Positions 1 through 9,385 of a stretch of 64,000 nucleotides of DNA are shown in pieces; within the stretch, counting starts at the first letter, position 1; each line of letters begins with the position of its first letter. The position numbers and the translations under genes were made by a program. The notes under the pieces are model-generated. The model saw only the letters and a program-made list of their open reading frames with translations, had not been told where the DNA came from and searched no databases. Source of the stretch: Alphaproteobacteria bacterium (GTDB taxonomy: Bacteria; Pseudomonadota; Alphaproteobacteria; CAAHEQ01; UBA3637); the NCBI GenBank assembly GCA_017539265.1, contig JAFYHG010000030.1, positions 3,878 through 67,877 of the forward strand. Reading direction: 5' to 3'.

Positions 1-651
1 GATGATATTTTGGATGTAACGACTAAACCTATCATTTATGATGCGGATAATGGCGGTCCTATTGAACATTTTATATTTACCGTTCGTTCTCTGGAGAGAT
101 TAGGTGTTTCTGCAGTTATTATTGAAGATAAAATCGGCCTCAAAAAAAATTCTTTATTTGGAACAGAGGTAGAGCAGTGTCAAGATTCTATTGAAGATTT
201 TTGCGCCAAAATTAAAGCAGGTAAATCGGCTTGTGTAACAGATCACTTTATGATTATTGCCCGTATTGAAAGTTTGATTTTGGAAAAAAGTCAAGAGGAT
301 GCTTTAACGCGGGCAAGGGCATATTTAGATGCCGGGGCGGATGGAATTATGATTCATTCCCGACAAAAAACGTTTGATGAAATTAAATCTTTTTGTTCCG
401 AATATAACAAAATTTTAAATCGTAGACCTTTAGTGGTTGTCCCTTCAACATATGCTCAGGTCACTGAAGAAGAATTAGCCGAGAATGGGATTAATATGGT
501 TATTTATGCAAATCAATTATTAAGGTCAGCTTATCCTGCAATGGTTAAAACGGCTGAAAGTATTCTTCTTCATCATCGTGCAAAGGAAGCTTCCGATGAA
601 TATTGCATGAACATAAAAGATATTATAACATTAATTCCAGGGGCAAAATGA
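1..651 (+). CDS. pepM: phosphoenolpyruvate phosphomutase (PepM), C-terminal part; the 5' end lies upstream of the window
   Basis: ICL/PEP-mutase fold; carries the PepM-specific EDK-x5-NS motif ([10 protein letters not shown]). Reading frame is open from base 1. Stop TGA (649-651) overlaps the next ATG (648-650). Confidence 0.8.
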   Translation, partial: DDILDVTTKPIIYDADNGGPIEHFIFTVRSLERLGVSAVIIEDKIGLKKNSLFGTEVEQCQDSIEDFCAKIKAGKSACVTDHFMIIARIESLILEKSQEDALTRARAYLDAGADGIMIHSRQKTFDEIKSFCSEYNKILNRRPLVVVPSTYAQVTEEELAENGINMVIYANQLLRSAYPAMVKTAESILLHHRAKEASDEYCMNIKDIITLIPGAK

Positions 652-1751
652 TGATACGGCCTTTGGATTTTTATAATGCTCTGGTACAAGAAGGGTTGGA
701 TACCTTCTACGGTGTTCCGGATAGTTTGTTGAAGGAAATATGCGCCTGTATCATGGATAAAACGGTTCCACAAAAGCATATTATTACCGCTAATGAGGGA
801 AATGCTTTGGCCTTGGCTGCAGGTCATTATTTGGCGACAGCCACGCCGGCCGTTGTCTATATGCAAAACAGCGGTGAAGGAAATATTATAAATCCATTGC
901 TATCTTTGATTGACGAAGAAGTTTACCGAATTCCGGCTTTATTGATAATCGGTTGGCGTGGAGAACCAGGTGTTCACGATGAACCGCAACATGTAAAACA
1001 AGGAAAATTAACTTTGCCTTTGTTGGATGTAATGGGTATCCGATATGAGGTTCTGGAAAAGACGGATCAAGTAAAGAAGGCTGTCCAATACATGAGTATG
1101 ACTCAAAAACCATTTGCTCTCATCGTTAAAAAAGGACTATTTGATGTGTATCCCAATAAACCTGAGCCCCAATCTAGATACCCTTTAACGCGTGAGAGGG
1201 CTATCCAAATGGTATTAGAAAGGTTGAACGAAAAAGATATTGTTGTCTCTACAACAGGAATGATTTCCCGTGAAGTTTATGAAAACAGAAAAAATCATGA
1301 AAAAGATTTTTTGACGGTGGGCTCTATGGGGCATGCTTCCTCTATTGCATTAGGAATTGCTTTAGAAAAGAAAAATCGTAAAGTTTTTTGTTTGGATGGG
1401 GACGGAGCTTGTCTAATGCATATGGGGGCGATGGCTGTGATTGCTTCCAGACAACCGGGTAATTTGAAACATATCATATTCAATAATGAAAGCCATGATT
1501 CTGTTGGAGCACAGCCAACCGTTATGAACAACGTCGATTTGCAAATTCTGGCTAAGGCCGTGGGTTATCCTAATACTTTTTCTGCCCAGACGGAGCAAGA
1601 ATTGGAAACAGTTTGGAATGATTTTTATGAGGTAAGTGGCCTGTCTTTATTAGAAATAAAAGTTAAGAGCGGTTCCAGAAAAGATCTTGGGCGTCCAAAG
1701 GAAAAACCCGTTGAAAATAAAGAAGCCTTTATGGTCTTTTTAAGGGGGTAA
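648..1751 (+). CDS. ppd: phosphonopyruvate decarboxylase (TPP-dependent)
   Basis: N-terminus ...FYGVPDSLL... plus a TPP-binding GDG...N region typical of phosphono/sulfopyruvate decarboxylases; translationally coupled to pepM. The ORF track starts at 603, but the ATG at 648 fits the stop/start overlap. Confidence 0.75.
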   Translation: MMIRPLDFYNALVQEGLDTFYGVPDSLLKEICACIMDKTVPQKHIITANEGNALALAAGHYLATATPAVVYMQNSGEGNIINPLLSLIDEEVYRIPALLIIGWRGEPGVHDEPQHVKQGKLTLPLLDVMGIRYEVLEKTDQVKKAVQYMSMTQKPFALIVKKGLFDVYPNKPEPQSRYPLTRERAIQMVLERLNEKDIVVSTTGMISREVYENRKNHEKDFLTVGSMGHASSIALGIALEKKNRKVFCLDGDGACLMHMGAMAVIASRQPGNLKHIIFNNESHDSVGAQPTVMNNVDLQILAKAVGYPNTFSAQTEQELETVWNDFYEVSGLSLLEIKVKSGSRKDLGRPKEKPVENKEAFMVFLRG

Positions 1752-1752
1752 T

Positions 1753-2736
1753 ATGGAATTTATCGGTCGAAATGCAATCCAAAACCTGTCTGATCTTATC
1801 GACGGGAAAGTGTTATTGTTTACCCAAGACGGTATTTATAACCTTTTTAAAGAGAAGTTACCCCGCAAACAGGTGGTACTCTATACTCGGATGAGTGAAA
1901 ATCCTAAGCGCGAAGAAATTCAGTTGGCTCAAAATCTGTTTAACGGAGAATTTTTTGATATAATTGTTGCTTTCGGTGGAGGAAGTGTTATTGATTTTGC
2001 TAAAGCTTTTCGCTTTTACGATAACAGGGAAGTACATTTGATAGCTATCCCGACCACAGCCGGAACGGGTTCACAGGCGACTCAGTTTGCCGTTGTTTAT
2101 GTAAATGGTGTTAAAACATCCTTGGATAATCCAATAATCAAACCGAATCATGTTATCGTTGATAGTCAATTTGTTGAAAATGCTCCGCGCTATTTAAAGG
2201 CTTGTTGTGCAATGGATGCATATTGTCAGGCAATTGAGTCTTTCTGGGCAAAAAAATCGACGCAGGAGAGTCAGAAATATGCGTTGGAGGCTATTCAATT
2301 ATGTCATGATTTTTTAAACAAAGCTGTCAATACATCAGATCCAGAGGCTAATGAAAAAATGGCATTGGCTGCGCACTTGGCGGGAAAAGCCATTAACATA
2401 AGTCGGACAACCGCTGCACATGCTCTGTCATATAAAATTACTTCAAAATATGGTATCCCGCATGGTCATGCAGTGGCTTTGAGTATTGCTAATCTTTTTT
2501 TACAAAATATGGATTATTGTGATATTAAGCCCATTTTGAAAATATTACAGATATCAGAGGAAAATATAAAAAGATACTTTCATATTCTTATGCAAACTAT
2601 TGGTTTGGAGGATAATTTAGAAAAATTAGGCATATTTGATTTAGAAGAAATTGTTGATAACATTAATCTTGACAGATTGTCAAATAATCCTAAAAAATTA
2701 GATAGAGATGATTTATTGAAACTATTAAGCAAGTAA
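1753..2736 (+). CDS. iron-containing (group III) alcohol dehydrogenase, probable phosphonoacetaldehyde reductase
   Basis: GGGSVIDFAKA Fe-ADH motif and conserved His cluster; ATG lies 1 nt after the ppd stop (operon). Confidence 0.6.
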   Translation: MEFIGRNAIQNLSDLIDGKVLLFTQDGIYNLFKEKLPRKQVVLYTRMSENPKREEIQLAQNLFNGEFFDIIVAFGGGSVIDFAKAFRFYDNREVHLIAIPTTAGTGSQATQFAVVYVNGVKTSLDNPIIKPNHVIVDSQFVENAPRYLKACCAMDAYCQAIESFWAKKSTQESQKYALEAIQLCHDFLNKAVNTSDPEANEKMALAAHLAGKAINISRTTAAHALSYKITSKYGIPHGHAVALSIANLFLQNMDYCDIKPILKILQISEENIKRYFHILMQTIGLEDNLEKLGIFDLEEIVDNINLDRLSNNPKKLDRDDLLKLLSK

Positions 2737-2864
2737 CATTTGAAATCGTTGTAAGAATTAAAAGTAGACTAAAATTGGTTGGGTATGGTTCTACAAAACA
2801 CAAAGATTGCTATTCAATTTAATTCATTTTATTCAATAGTTACAAAAAAGATAGACGAAAAAAC

Positions 2865-2893
2865 TTGCAAAAATTTTAAAATTGTGCTATAAT
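2865..2893 (+). promoter_or_regulatory. sigma70-like promoter TTGCAA-17-TATAAT preceded by TGn, upstream of the giant repeat protein
   Basis: hexamers read directly; RBS AGGGAG at 2906-2911, ATG at 2922. Confidence 0.5.
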
Positions 2894-2921
2894 ACCCCCA
2901 TTTTAGGGAGATTCATATCAA

Positions 2922-5900
2922 ATGCTGAAAAGAATTTTAAAAAACAAAGTATTGTCTTGTTTAGTATTTATTGCGGCTGTCTGTCAACCGGCACAGGCAA
3001 AATCCGGACGTGATATGGCCAATGAGTGGTTGTCTGAGATAATACAGGCATCGGAGAAACGGGAAGCGGAAAAACAAGCCAAATTACAGGCTGAACAAGA
3101 GCAAGCCAGAATTGCGGCCGAAAAAAAGGCTGCTGCCGAAAAGGCGCAGGCTCAGGCAACGAAGGATAGGGTCAACGAATGGCTGTATGAGATGATACAA
3201 GCCTCAGAAAAACGTGAAGCAGAACAACAGGCTAAGTTACAGATCGAAAAGGAGCAAGCCAGAATTGCAGCCGAGAAGAAAACGGCCGCCGAAAAAGAAC
3301 AAGCACGAGTTGAGACTGAGAAGAAACAGGCCAAATCAAATTATGATTGGACAAACGAGATGCTTTCCCAGATGATACAAGCCTCGGAGAAACGGGAAGC
3401 GGAAAAGCAAGCGCGGATTGAGGCTGAGAAGAAAGCCACTACAGAAAAAGAACAAGCGCGAATTGAGGCAGAAAAGAAAGCTGCCGCAGAAAGAGAACAA
3501 GCGCGGATTGTAGCTGAGAAAAAAGCTGCCGTAGAGAAAGAACAAAAACGAGTTGAGGCGGGGAAGGAGCAAGCTAAATCGACTTATGATTGGACAAATG
3601 AGATGCTTTCCCAAATGATACAAGCCTCGGAAAAACGGGAAGCAGAAAAACAGGTTAAATTACAGGCCGAAAAGAAAGCTGCCGCCGAAAGAGAGCAGAA
3701 ACGAATTGAGGCCGAGAAGAAAGCTGCCGCCGAAAGAGAACAGGCACGGATTGAGGCTGAAAAGAAAGCTGCCGCGGAAAGAGAACAAGCACGGATTGAG
3801 GCTGAAAAGAAAGCCGCCGCAGAAAGAGAGCAAGCGCGGATTGAGGCCGAGAAGAAAGCCGCTGCGGAGAAAGAACAAGCGCGGATTGAAGCCGAGAAGA
3901 AAGCTGCAGCGGAGAAAGAGCAAGCAAGAATCGCAGCAGAGAAGAAAGCTGCCGCAGAAAGAGAACAAGCACGGATTGAGGCCGAAAAGAAAGCCACCGC
4001 AGAGAGAGAACAAGCACGGATTGCAGCCGAAAAGAAAGCTGCTGCGGAAAGAGAACAAGCGCGGATTGAGGCCGAGAAGAAAGCTGCTGCGGAGAAGCAA
4101 GCAAAAATTGAGGCCGAAAAGAAAGCTGCAGCAGAAAAAGAACAAGCACGAATTGCAGCCGAGAAGAAAGCTGCTGCGGAGAAGCAAGCAAAAATTGCGG
4201 CCGAGAAGAAAGCTGCTGCAGAAAAAGAACAAGCACGAATTGAAGCAGAGAAGAAAGCCGCCGCGGAAAGAGAACAAGCACGAATTGTAGCAGAAAAGAA
4301 AGCTGCTTCCGAACAAGAACAGGCTCAACAATTAGAAAATAAAGACAAAATTAAAATTCCGTTTGCTACGGTTAATCCCTTGGAAATGATGATTTTAGCG
4401 ACGGAAGCTGAAAGACTTCAAGAACAGGTTGTGGCCGAGAAAAAGCAAAGTAAAGTTAAAATTTCTTTTGCTGCGGTCGATCCTTCAAAGGTTACATCTT
4501 TATCGGATGAAAAATCGCAAGAACAAGCTGTTTCAGCACCTGCCCAGGAAACTCCAAAGTCAGGGGCTAAATCTGGAATTGAGGAAAAACCGGAAGTGTT
4601 ATTGCAAGATTTAGTTCCTGTCGTGCCCTCTGAAGTGAAAGAGGCTCCTGCAACTCAACAAACATCTAGCGTTGTTCAAGCTGAAACTCAATTTGTGCCG
4701 GCTCAATCGGTTGTTTCAAACGAAATTTCCGTTCCTTCGGAAAAAGAGGATAATCGACCCGTGCGTTTGGGTAAATATAATCTGAAAACGGGTGAAGCTA
4801 TAGAAACTTTGCCTACTTCGGTTAAAGTTGGCAAGATGGATTTCTTAATTGCCGAAGATCCGATTCCATCAGCAAAAGAGGAAATAACCGATATTGAACA
4901 AATTCCGACCGACACGATTGAAATTAACGGTTCTGATTTCTTAATCGGATATATCCCCGGTTCGGATAAACCGGTAGAGACCATTCAACCGGATTTAAAA
5001 GAATTGCTTTCAGATTTGGGACAAGTAACCCTTGCAGATACTAAACCCGCCCCAAAAGGATTGAGTGAAAAAGACAAAAAGGATTTGGAAAGAATATTGG
5101 AAAAGACGGGTTCAAAAGAAAATGAAGTGGCTACCCCGGGGGTTGTGCAGCAAGACTTATTAGACTTGTTAGATATGTCAGAACCTGTTCGAAAAGCCGC
5201 TCATGAAACATCTCAACCGACTGTTTCGGCTCCCTCCCAAACAAAAGACAGACAAGAATTGAACGATTTGTTAACGGAAATAGAACCGGTAGCTGTATCA
5301 ACGACAGCTGTTCAGACGGAACCTAAACCAACCGGTTCGGGAAGTGTTGCGGCACTTAAGCCCGTTCAACAGGAACTTTCGGATCTATTGGATTCTTTAA
5401 AACCGGAACGGATTGTGACTCAAGAGATATCATCACAAAAACCTCAAACCGATCAAAAAGAAGAGCCGGCTGAGCCCAAAACACAGGCCAGAGAAGAATT
5501 GGATGAATTATTGGGTGTTTCGACCGCAGAACCTACTAAAAAGGAAGAAAAACAAGCCCCTGTCGTCGCGCAGGACAGCATGCAAAATTTAAACGAATTG
5601 TTGGATGAAACTGAGGGCGTAAAAACGCCGGCTCCGGTAAATGAAAACGATTCTAAAGGAAATAATGAGTCGGAAAAACAAGTCGGATTTTTGCAACGTA
5701 TCAAAAACTCACTCATGGGGTTGTTTGCTTGTGGAACTTTGATGGGTATGACATGCGGATTGATGTCTAAAATTCGTCGTTCTAAAGTCCCGCAACCGAC
5801 TCCGCCGACACCTGCGGATGAGCCAAAGAGTTTGCCAGTTGCGGAAATTTCGGCCCAACCGACGGAAAAGAAGGAAAATCCGAATACTTTAACCGAACAG

Positions 5901-6338
5901 CGGGATAAATTGGCCCGTCGAATTCTGGATATTAAAGTTTTGTCCGAAATTAAGGATAAACGAACTGTCTTAACGCGGGAAATGGCAAAAGCACGTCGTC
6001 GTCATGATGATGCGCGTATTGAGGAAATTAAGGAAGAACGCAAACGTTTGACCGAGAAGAAGAAGGCAATTTGTCTGCGGATGACCGGTGCGAAGAGAGC
6101 AGAAATCAGTGAACAACGTCGTTTATTGACAAAGCAAATGACCATTGCCAGACGGCGGAATGATGCGGCGACGCAGGAACAAATCCAAATCGAACGCCAA
6201 AAGTTAAATGCAAAGGTAAAGGCTTTGAACAGTTCTGTCCAAAAGATGGACTACCGTCAAATCAGAAAAGCTTATTTAAAGCCGGAAGTGTTAACTACCT
6301 TACAGGCCAGACAACAGGCTTTAGTCCGTGCCGCTTAA
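2922..6338 (+). CDS. exported 1138-aa coiled-coil repeat protein: signal peptide, long tandem-repeat region, one TM helix near the C-terminus, basic cytoplasmic tail
   Basis: N-terminal signal peptide MLKRILKNKVLSCLVFIAAVCQPAQA; about 20 copies of IEAEKKAAAE(R/K)EQAR; six E-L-x-D-L-L acidic repeats; TM helix LMGLFACGTLMGMTCGLM (about 5700-5780); Arg/Lys-rich C-terminal coiled coil. Confidence 0.7.
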   Translation: MLKRILKNKVLSCLVFIAAVCQPAQAKSGRDMANEWLSEIIQASEKREAEKQAKLQAEQEQARIAAEKKAAAEKAQAQATKDRVNEWLYEMIQASEKREAEQQAKLQIEKEQARIAAEKKTAAEKEQARVETEKKQAKSNYDWTNEMLSQMIQASEKREAEKQARIEAEKKATTEKEQARIEAEKKAAAEREQARIVAEKKAAVEKEQKRVEAGKEQAKSTYDWTNEMLSQMIQASEKREAEKQVKLQAEKKAAAEREQKRIEAEKKAAAEREQARIEAEKKAAAEREQARIEAEKKAAAEREQARIEAEKKAAAEKEQARIEAEKKAAAEKEQARIAAEKKAAAEREQARIEAEKKATAEREQARIAAEKKAAAEREQARIEAEKKAAAEKQAKIEAEKKAAAEKEQARIAAEKKAAAEKQAKIAAEKKAAAEKEQARIEAEKKAAAEREQARIVAEKKAASEQEQAQQLENKDKIKIPFATVNPLEMMILATEAERLQEQVVAEKKQSKVKISFAAVDPSKVTSLSDEKSQEQAVSAPAQETPKSGAKSGIEEKPEVLLQDLVPVVPSEVKEAPATQQTSSVVQAETQFVPAQSVVSNEISVPSEKEDNRPVRLGKYNLKTGEAIETLPTSVKVGKMDFLIAEDPIPSAKEEITDIEQIPTDTIEINGSDFLIGYIPGSDKPVETIQPDLKELLSDLGQVTLADTKPAPKGLSEKDKKDLERILEKTGSKENEVATPGVVQQDLLDLLDMSEPVRKAAHETSQPTVSAPSQTKDRQELNDLLTEIEPVAVSTTAVQTEPKPTGSGSVAALKPVQQELSDLLDSLKPERIVTQEISSQKPQTDQKEEPAEPKTQAREELDELLGVSTAEPTKKEEKQAPVVAQDSMQNLNELLDETEGVKTPAPVNENDSKGNNESEKQVGFLQRIKNSLMGLFACGTLMGMTCGLMSKIRRSKVPQPTPPTPADEPKSLPVAEISAQPTEKKENPNTLTEQRDKLARRILDIKVLSEIKDKRTVLTREMAKARRRHDDARIEEIKEERKRLTEKKKAICLRMTGAKRAEISEQRRLLTKQMTIARRRNDAATQEQIQIERQKLNAKVKALNSSVQKMDYRQIRKAYLKPEVLTTLQARQQALVRAA
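3040..3660 (+). repeat. higher-order tandem repeats (about 150-240 bp units: NEWL/NEML-SxMIQASEKREAEKQ...) inside the giant ORF
   Basis: four successive copies of the same 50-80 aa block seen in the translation. Confidence 0.6.
3640..4320 (+). repeat. array of about 15 near-identical 45-bp tandem repeats (each encoding 15 aa, IEAEKKAAAEREQAR) inside the giant ORF
   Basis: periodic nucleotide repeats visible directly; they generate long spurious ORFs in other frames on both strands. Confidence 0.85.
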
Positions 6339-6483
6339 GAAAATTTAGGGTGAGAATAAAACGTGCCTTGGGGCGCGTTGAGTGATTTTGCTTTCCATAT
6401 TTTGGCAAAAAAGTTCAAAATTTCTTTTTGCTTTTTGTCTGATTTTGTGTTATAGTGGCTCCATAATATAGAAAGGAAACATT

Positions 6484-8124
6484 ATGACACCCGAAATTAT
6501 CAATTTAATTTTTCCCAATCCTTTGCCAACGCCATCTGAGATAGAGGCAAAATACCCGCCGCGTCAATTACCAGAAGGTGCAAAGGTAACCCGTGTCGCC
6601 CCCAGTCCGACCGGATTTATGCATATTGGGGGTATTTATGCAGGCTTGTTATCAGAGCGGATTGCTCATCAAAGCGGTGGAAAATTTTATCTTCGGATTG
6701 AGGATACGGATCAAAAACGCAAAGTTGATGGGGCCGTTGAACTGATTTCAAATTCATTGGGACGTTATGGTATTCATGCAGACGAAGGTGTGGATAAGAA
6801 TGGGCATGATTTCGGGTCATATGGTCCTTATACACAAAGTCAACGCAAAGATATCTACCAAGCCTATGTAAAAGATTTCTTGGAAAAAGGTTTGGCTTAT
6901 CCCTGTTTTTGCGCGGCTGAAGATTTGGATATCATGCGTAAAATTCAAGAAAAAACAAGTGTTCGCCCCGGTTACTATGGTAAATATGCCAAATGCCGAA
7001 ATTTAACGGATGAGCAGATCTTGGAAAATTTAAAGGCCGGAAAACCTTTCGTGATTCGGTTTAAATCCAACGGCGATAATAATAAGCGTATGATGATTAA
7101 GGATCTCATTAAAGGTGATTTGGCATTACCCGAAAACGATATTGATATTGTTATTATGAAAAGTGATGGTTTGCCGACTTATCACTTTGCACACCTTATT
7201 GATGACCACTTAATGGGAACAACGCATGTAACCCGTGGGGACGAATGGGTTTCATCGGTTCCGCTTCATATTCAATTATTTGCCTCTCGTGGTTGGAAAG
7301 CGCCTAAATATGCTCATTTTGCCCCACTTCAAAAATCAGATAACGGGAATAAGCGAAAACTTTCCAAACGTCATGATCCGGAAGCAAATATCATGTATTT
7401 TTGGGAAAAGGGATATCCCGAAAATGCTTTGATTGAATACTTGCTTAACCTGATTAACGCCAGTTTTGAAGATTGGCGGCGTAATAATCCGGATAAAAAT
7501 GCATTTGACTTCCCCGTCAATTTTAACAAGATCTCAAATGCGGCAGGGGCGCTGTTTGATTTTGTGAAACTCAACAGCATTTCCAAAGATGTTGTTGCCG
7601 CTATGTCGGCTGAACAGGTTTTTGAGGCCGTTTTGAAATGGGCAAAAGAATACAATCCCGCCTTTGCAACCCGTTTGGAAGACAATCGGGACTATGTGAC
7701 AAAGATTTTGAATATTGAACGCAACATCGGTAAAAAATCGCGTAAAGATCTGACAAAGTGGGAAGATGTGGAAAGCGATATTGCCTACTTCTTTGATGAT
7801 TTATTCCAACCGAATCCGGCTTTATTAAGTCCGATTTCGGCTACTGATGTGCGGGCCATAGCCGATGAGTTTATGGCGGCTTATCATGATACGGATGATA
7901 AAGATACTTGGTTTGCGCATATTAAATCCATCGCCGAAAGACATGGCTTTGCAACAGATATGAAAGTACATAAGGAAAATCCTTCTGCATTCAAAGGGAA
8001 CGTGTCGGATGTGGCCAAGGTCTTGCGTGTTTTAACGACCGGTCGGGATAAAACGCCGGATTTATACCAAATCATGCAGATTTTGGGTGTTGATCGGATT
8101 AAAAGGAGATTATCTGCCTGGTAG
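6484..8124 (+). CDS. gltX: glutamate--tRNA ligase (class I aaRS, HIGH = HIGG, KMSKS = KLSKR)
   Basis: APSPTGFMHIGG...RIEDTD... and KLSKR motifs. Confidence 0.85.
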   Translation: MTPEIINLIFPNPLPTPSEIEAKYPPRQLPEGAKVTRVAPSPTGFMHIGGIYAGLLSERIAHQSGGKFYLRIEDTDQKRKVDGAVELISNSLGRYGIHADEGVDKNGHDFGSYGPYTQSQRKDIYQAYVKDFLEKGLAYPCFCAAEDLDIMRKIQEKTSVRPGYYGKYAKCRNLTDEQILENLKAGKPFVIRFKSNGDNNKRMMIKDLIKGDLALPENDIDIVIMKSDGLPTYHFAHLIDDHLMGTTHVTRGDEWVSSVPLHIQLFASRGWKAPKYAHFAPLQKSDNGNKRKLSKRHDPEANIMYFWEKGYPENALIEYLLNLINASFEDWRRNNPDKNAFDFPVNFNKISNAAGALFDFVKLNSISKDVVAAMSAEQVFEAVLKWAKEYNPAFATRLEDNRDYVTKILNIERNIGKKSRKDLTKWEDVESDIAYFFDDLFQPNPALLSPISATDVRAIADEFMAAYHDTDDKDTWFAHIKSIAERHGFATDMKVHKENPSAFKGNVSDVAKVLRVLTTGRDKTPDLYQIMQILGVDRIKRRLSAW

Positions 8125-8146
8125 TGTCAAAGGATGAGGAGGAAGG

Positions 8147-8506
8147 ATGCATAAGAAAAATGAAATGAAGGATATCCTTGTTTTGGGTGTTTTAAGAGAA
8201 GGCTTGGCTCATCGAAATCGCGATTTGATTGAAGCACAAAAAAAGATCGCCATGGCCCTTTTGGCACGCCGAAATGATGAACGGGCAATCAGGCAAGCTT
8301 ACCGTGTATTTGTTGTATTGGAAAAAGCCATTACGGCAGATTGCTTGGGACCGACATATAAGTATTATACTTCTTTGCACCAAGGCAAGACCTTTTTGGA
8401 ACAAAATGCTCCTGATTTAGAATTCGGGAAGAAATACCCCCGTGCATCCCGCCGGCTTTTTGATTACTTGAAATCGCGTTTTTCCGAATATCGGCAGCGT
8501 TCCTAA
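8147..8506 (+). CDS. hypothetical protein (119 aa)
   Basis: ORF with a strong RBS GGAGGAAGG before the ATG; no recognisable domain. Confidence 0.4.
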   Translation: MHKKNEMKDILVLGVLREGLAHRNRDLIEAQKKIAMALLARRNDERAIRQAYRVFVVLEKAITADCLGPTYKYYTSLHQGKTFLEQNAPDLEFGKKYPRASRRLFDYLKSRFSEYRQRS

Positions 8507-8550
8507 TCAAGGAACATTATCTCTCTTCTATGTGATATTATATCCATTCT

Positions 8551-8580
8551 AACCCTGTATTTTACAGGGGTTTCTTACCT
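8551..8580 (+). terminator. hairpin AACCCTGTA-tttt-TACAGGGGTT plus a U-rich tail, downstream of the 8147 ORF
   Basis: inverted repeat read in the sequence. Confidence 0.4.
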
Positions 8581-8609
8581 TTTAGTTAATCTGACATTTT
8601 CGGTATTTC

Positions 8610-8638
8610 TTGACAAAAAAATGACTCCATGGTATAAT
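8610..8638 (+). promoter_or_regulatory. perfect sigma70 consensus promoter TTGACA-17-TATAAT
   Basis: TTGACA 8610-8615, 17-nt spacer, TATAAT 8633-8638; followed by RBS GGAAGGAGG and the ATG at 8664. Confidence 0.6.
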
Positions 8639-8663
8639 TGAATTGTGGAAGGAGGAAAAAGAA

Positions 8664-9374
8664 ATGTTTGGTGAATTGCTTGCAGATTTGGTTATCGGCG
8701 TGCCCTACAGCATTTTTAGTAGCGCCGGTCGTGGCGGTGGAATAGGGGGCCCTGAGGCAATGGTTGCCTCTTTGGCTCTTTTGGTGGGCATTGGGGCACC
8801 TATTACTTGTTGGTGTGTGTCTTCATCCCACGAAAAGGATCATTTGGAATACATTAATTCCGTGAAAAGTGAAATTCGGGCCAACGGTAAAGTTGAAGGT
8901 GTTACACGAAAACCCTTATCGCATTGGTTTTGCGGATGTTGCCGTAAGGAAGATAAACAAGCACAAGTTTTTGAAACACCGACCTTATCCCCTGATATTA
9001 CAAAGGTGGTGATTAAGCCGATGTGTTACCATAGGGGGCCGACAAGGTTTGACACGGAAATTCAACAAATGGTTATTCTAGGAAAAGACGGAACTACGGT
9101 TACCTTTTTCCCGTTGGCTAATCGCGAATGGACTTTAACCTCAGCGCAGGGGCAGGCAGTATTGAAAATGCCCCCACAAGATTTGTCCGAGCGGACGGGG
9201 CTTCGCGTTGGTTCCCAAGAACTTCCTAAACGGACGATAGAGGAAAAAACGGGTATTGAGGTTCAATCCCGTGAATTACCCAAGCGGACTATATATGAAA
9301 AAACGGGTATCAAAGTTTCACAAGGGCGCCGACCCCATCCGGTATTTAAACAATATATGCGTCAATATGCATAA
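8664..9374 (+). CDS. membrane-anchored hypothetical protein carrying a HWFCxxC...KPM-C/W-H motif and short C-terminal tandem repeats (ELPKRTIxEKTGI); paralog 1
   Basis: hydrophobic N-terminus; the ORF-track start at 8643 is a TTG, while the ATG at 8664 has a proper RBS; about 90 aa align with the following gene. Confidence 0.5.
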   Translation: MFGELLADLVIGVPYSIFSSAGRGGGIGGPEAMVASLALLVGIGAPITCWCVSSSHEKDHLEYINSVKSEIRANGKVEGVTRKPLSHWFCGCCRKEDKQAQVFETPTLSPDITKVVIKPMCYHRGPTRFDTEIQQMVILGKDGTTVTFFPLANREWTLTSAQGQAVLKMPPQDLSERTGLRVGSQELPKRTIEEKTGIEVQSRELPKRTIYEKTGIKVSQGRRPHPVFKQYMRQYA

Positions 9375-9385
9375 AGGAGGAAAAA

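Noticed and set aside
3640-4320. Possible CRISPR array (regular direct repeats)
   Set aside because: The repeats are contiguous 45-bp units with no unique spacers, are in-frame coding sequence, and no cas genes are present.
3152-4331. Five long ORFs (60-223 aa) on both strands overlapping the giant gene (3152-3334, 3336-3623, 3584-3997, 3655-4281 and 3660-4331 on the minus strand; 3706-4290 on the plus strand)
   Set aside because: They are artefacts of the 45-bp tandem repeats. Their translations are low-complexity (poly-Ser/Leu/Phe or Arg/Lys) and lie wholly inside a well-supported ORF with promoter, RBS and signal peptide.
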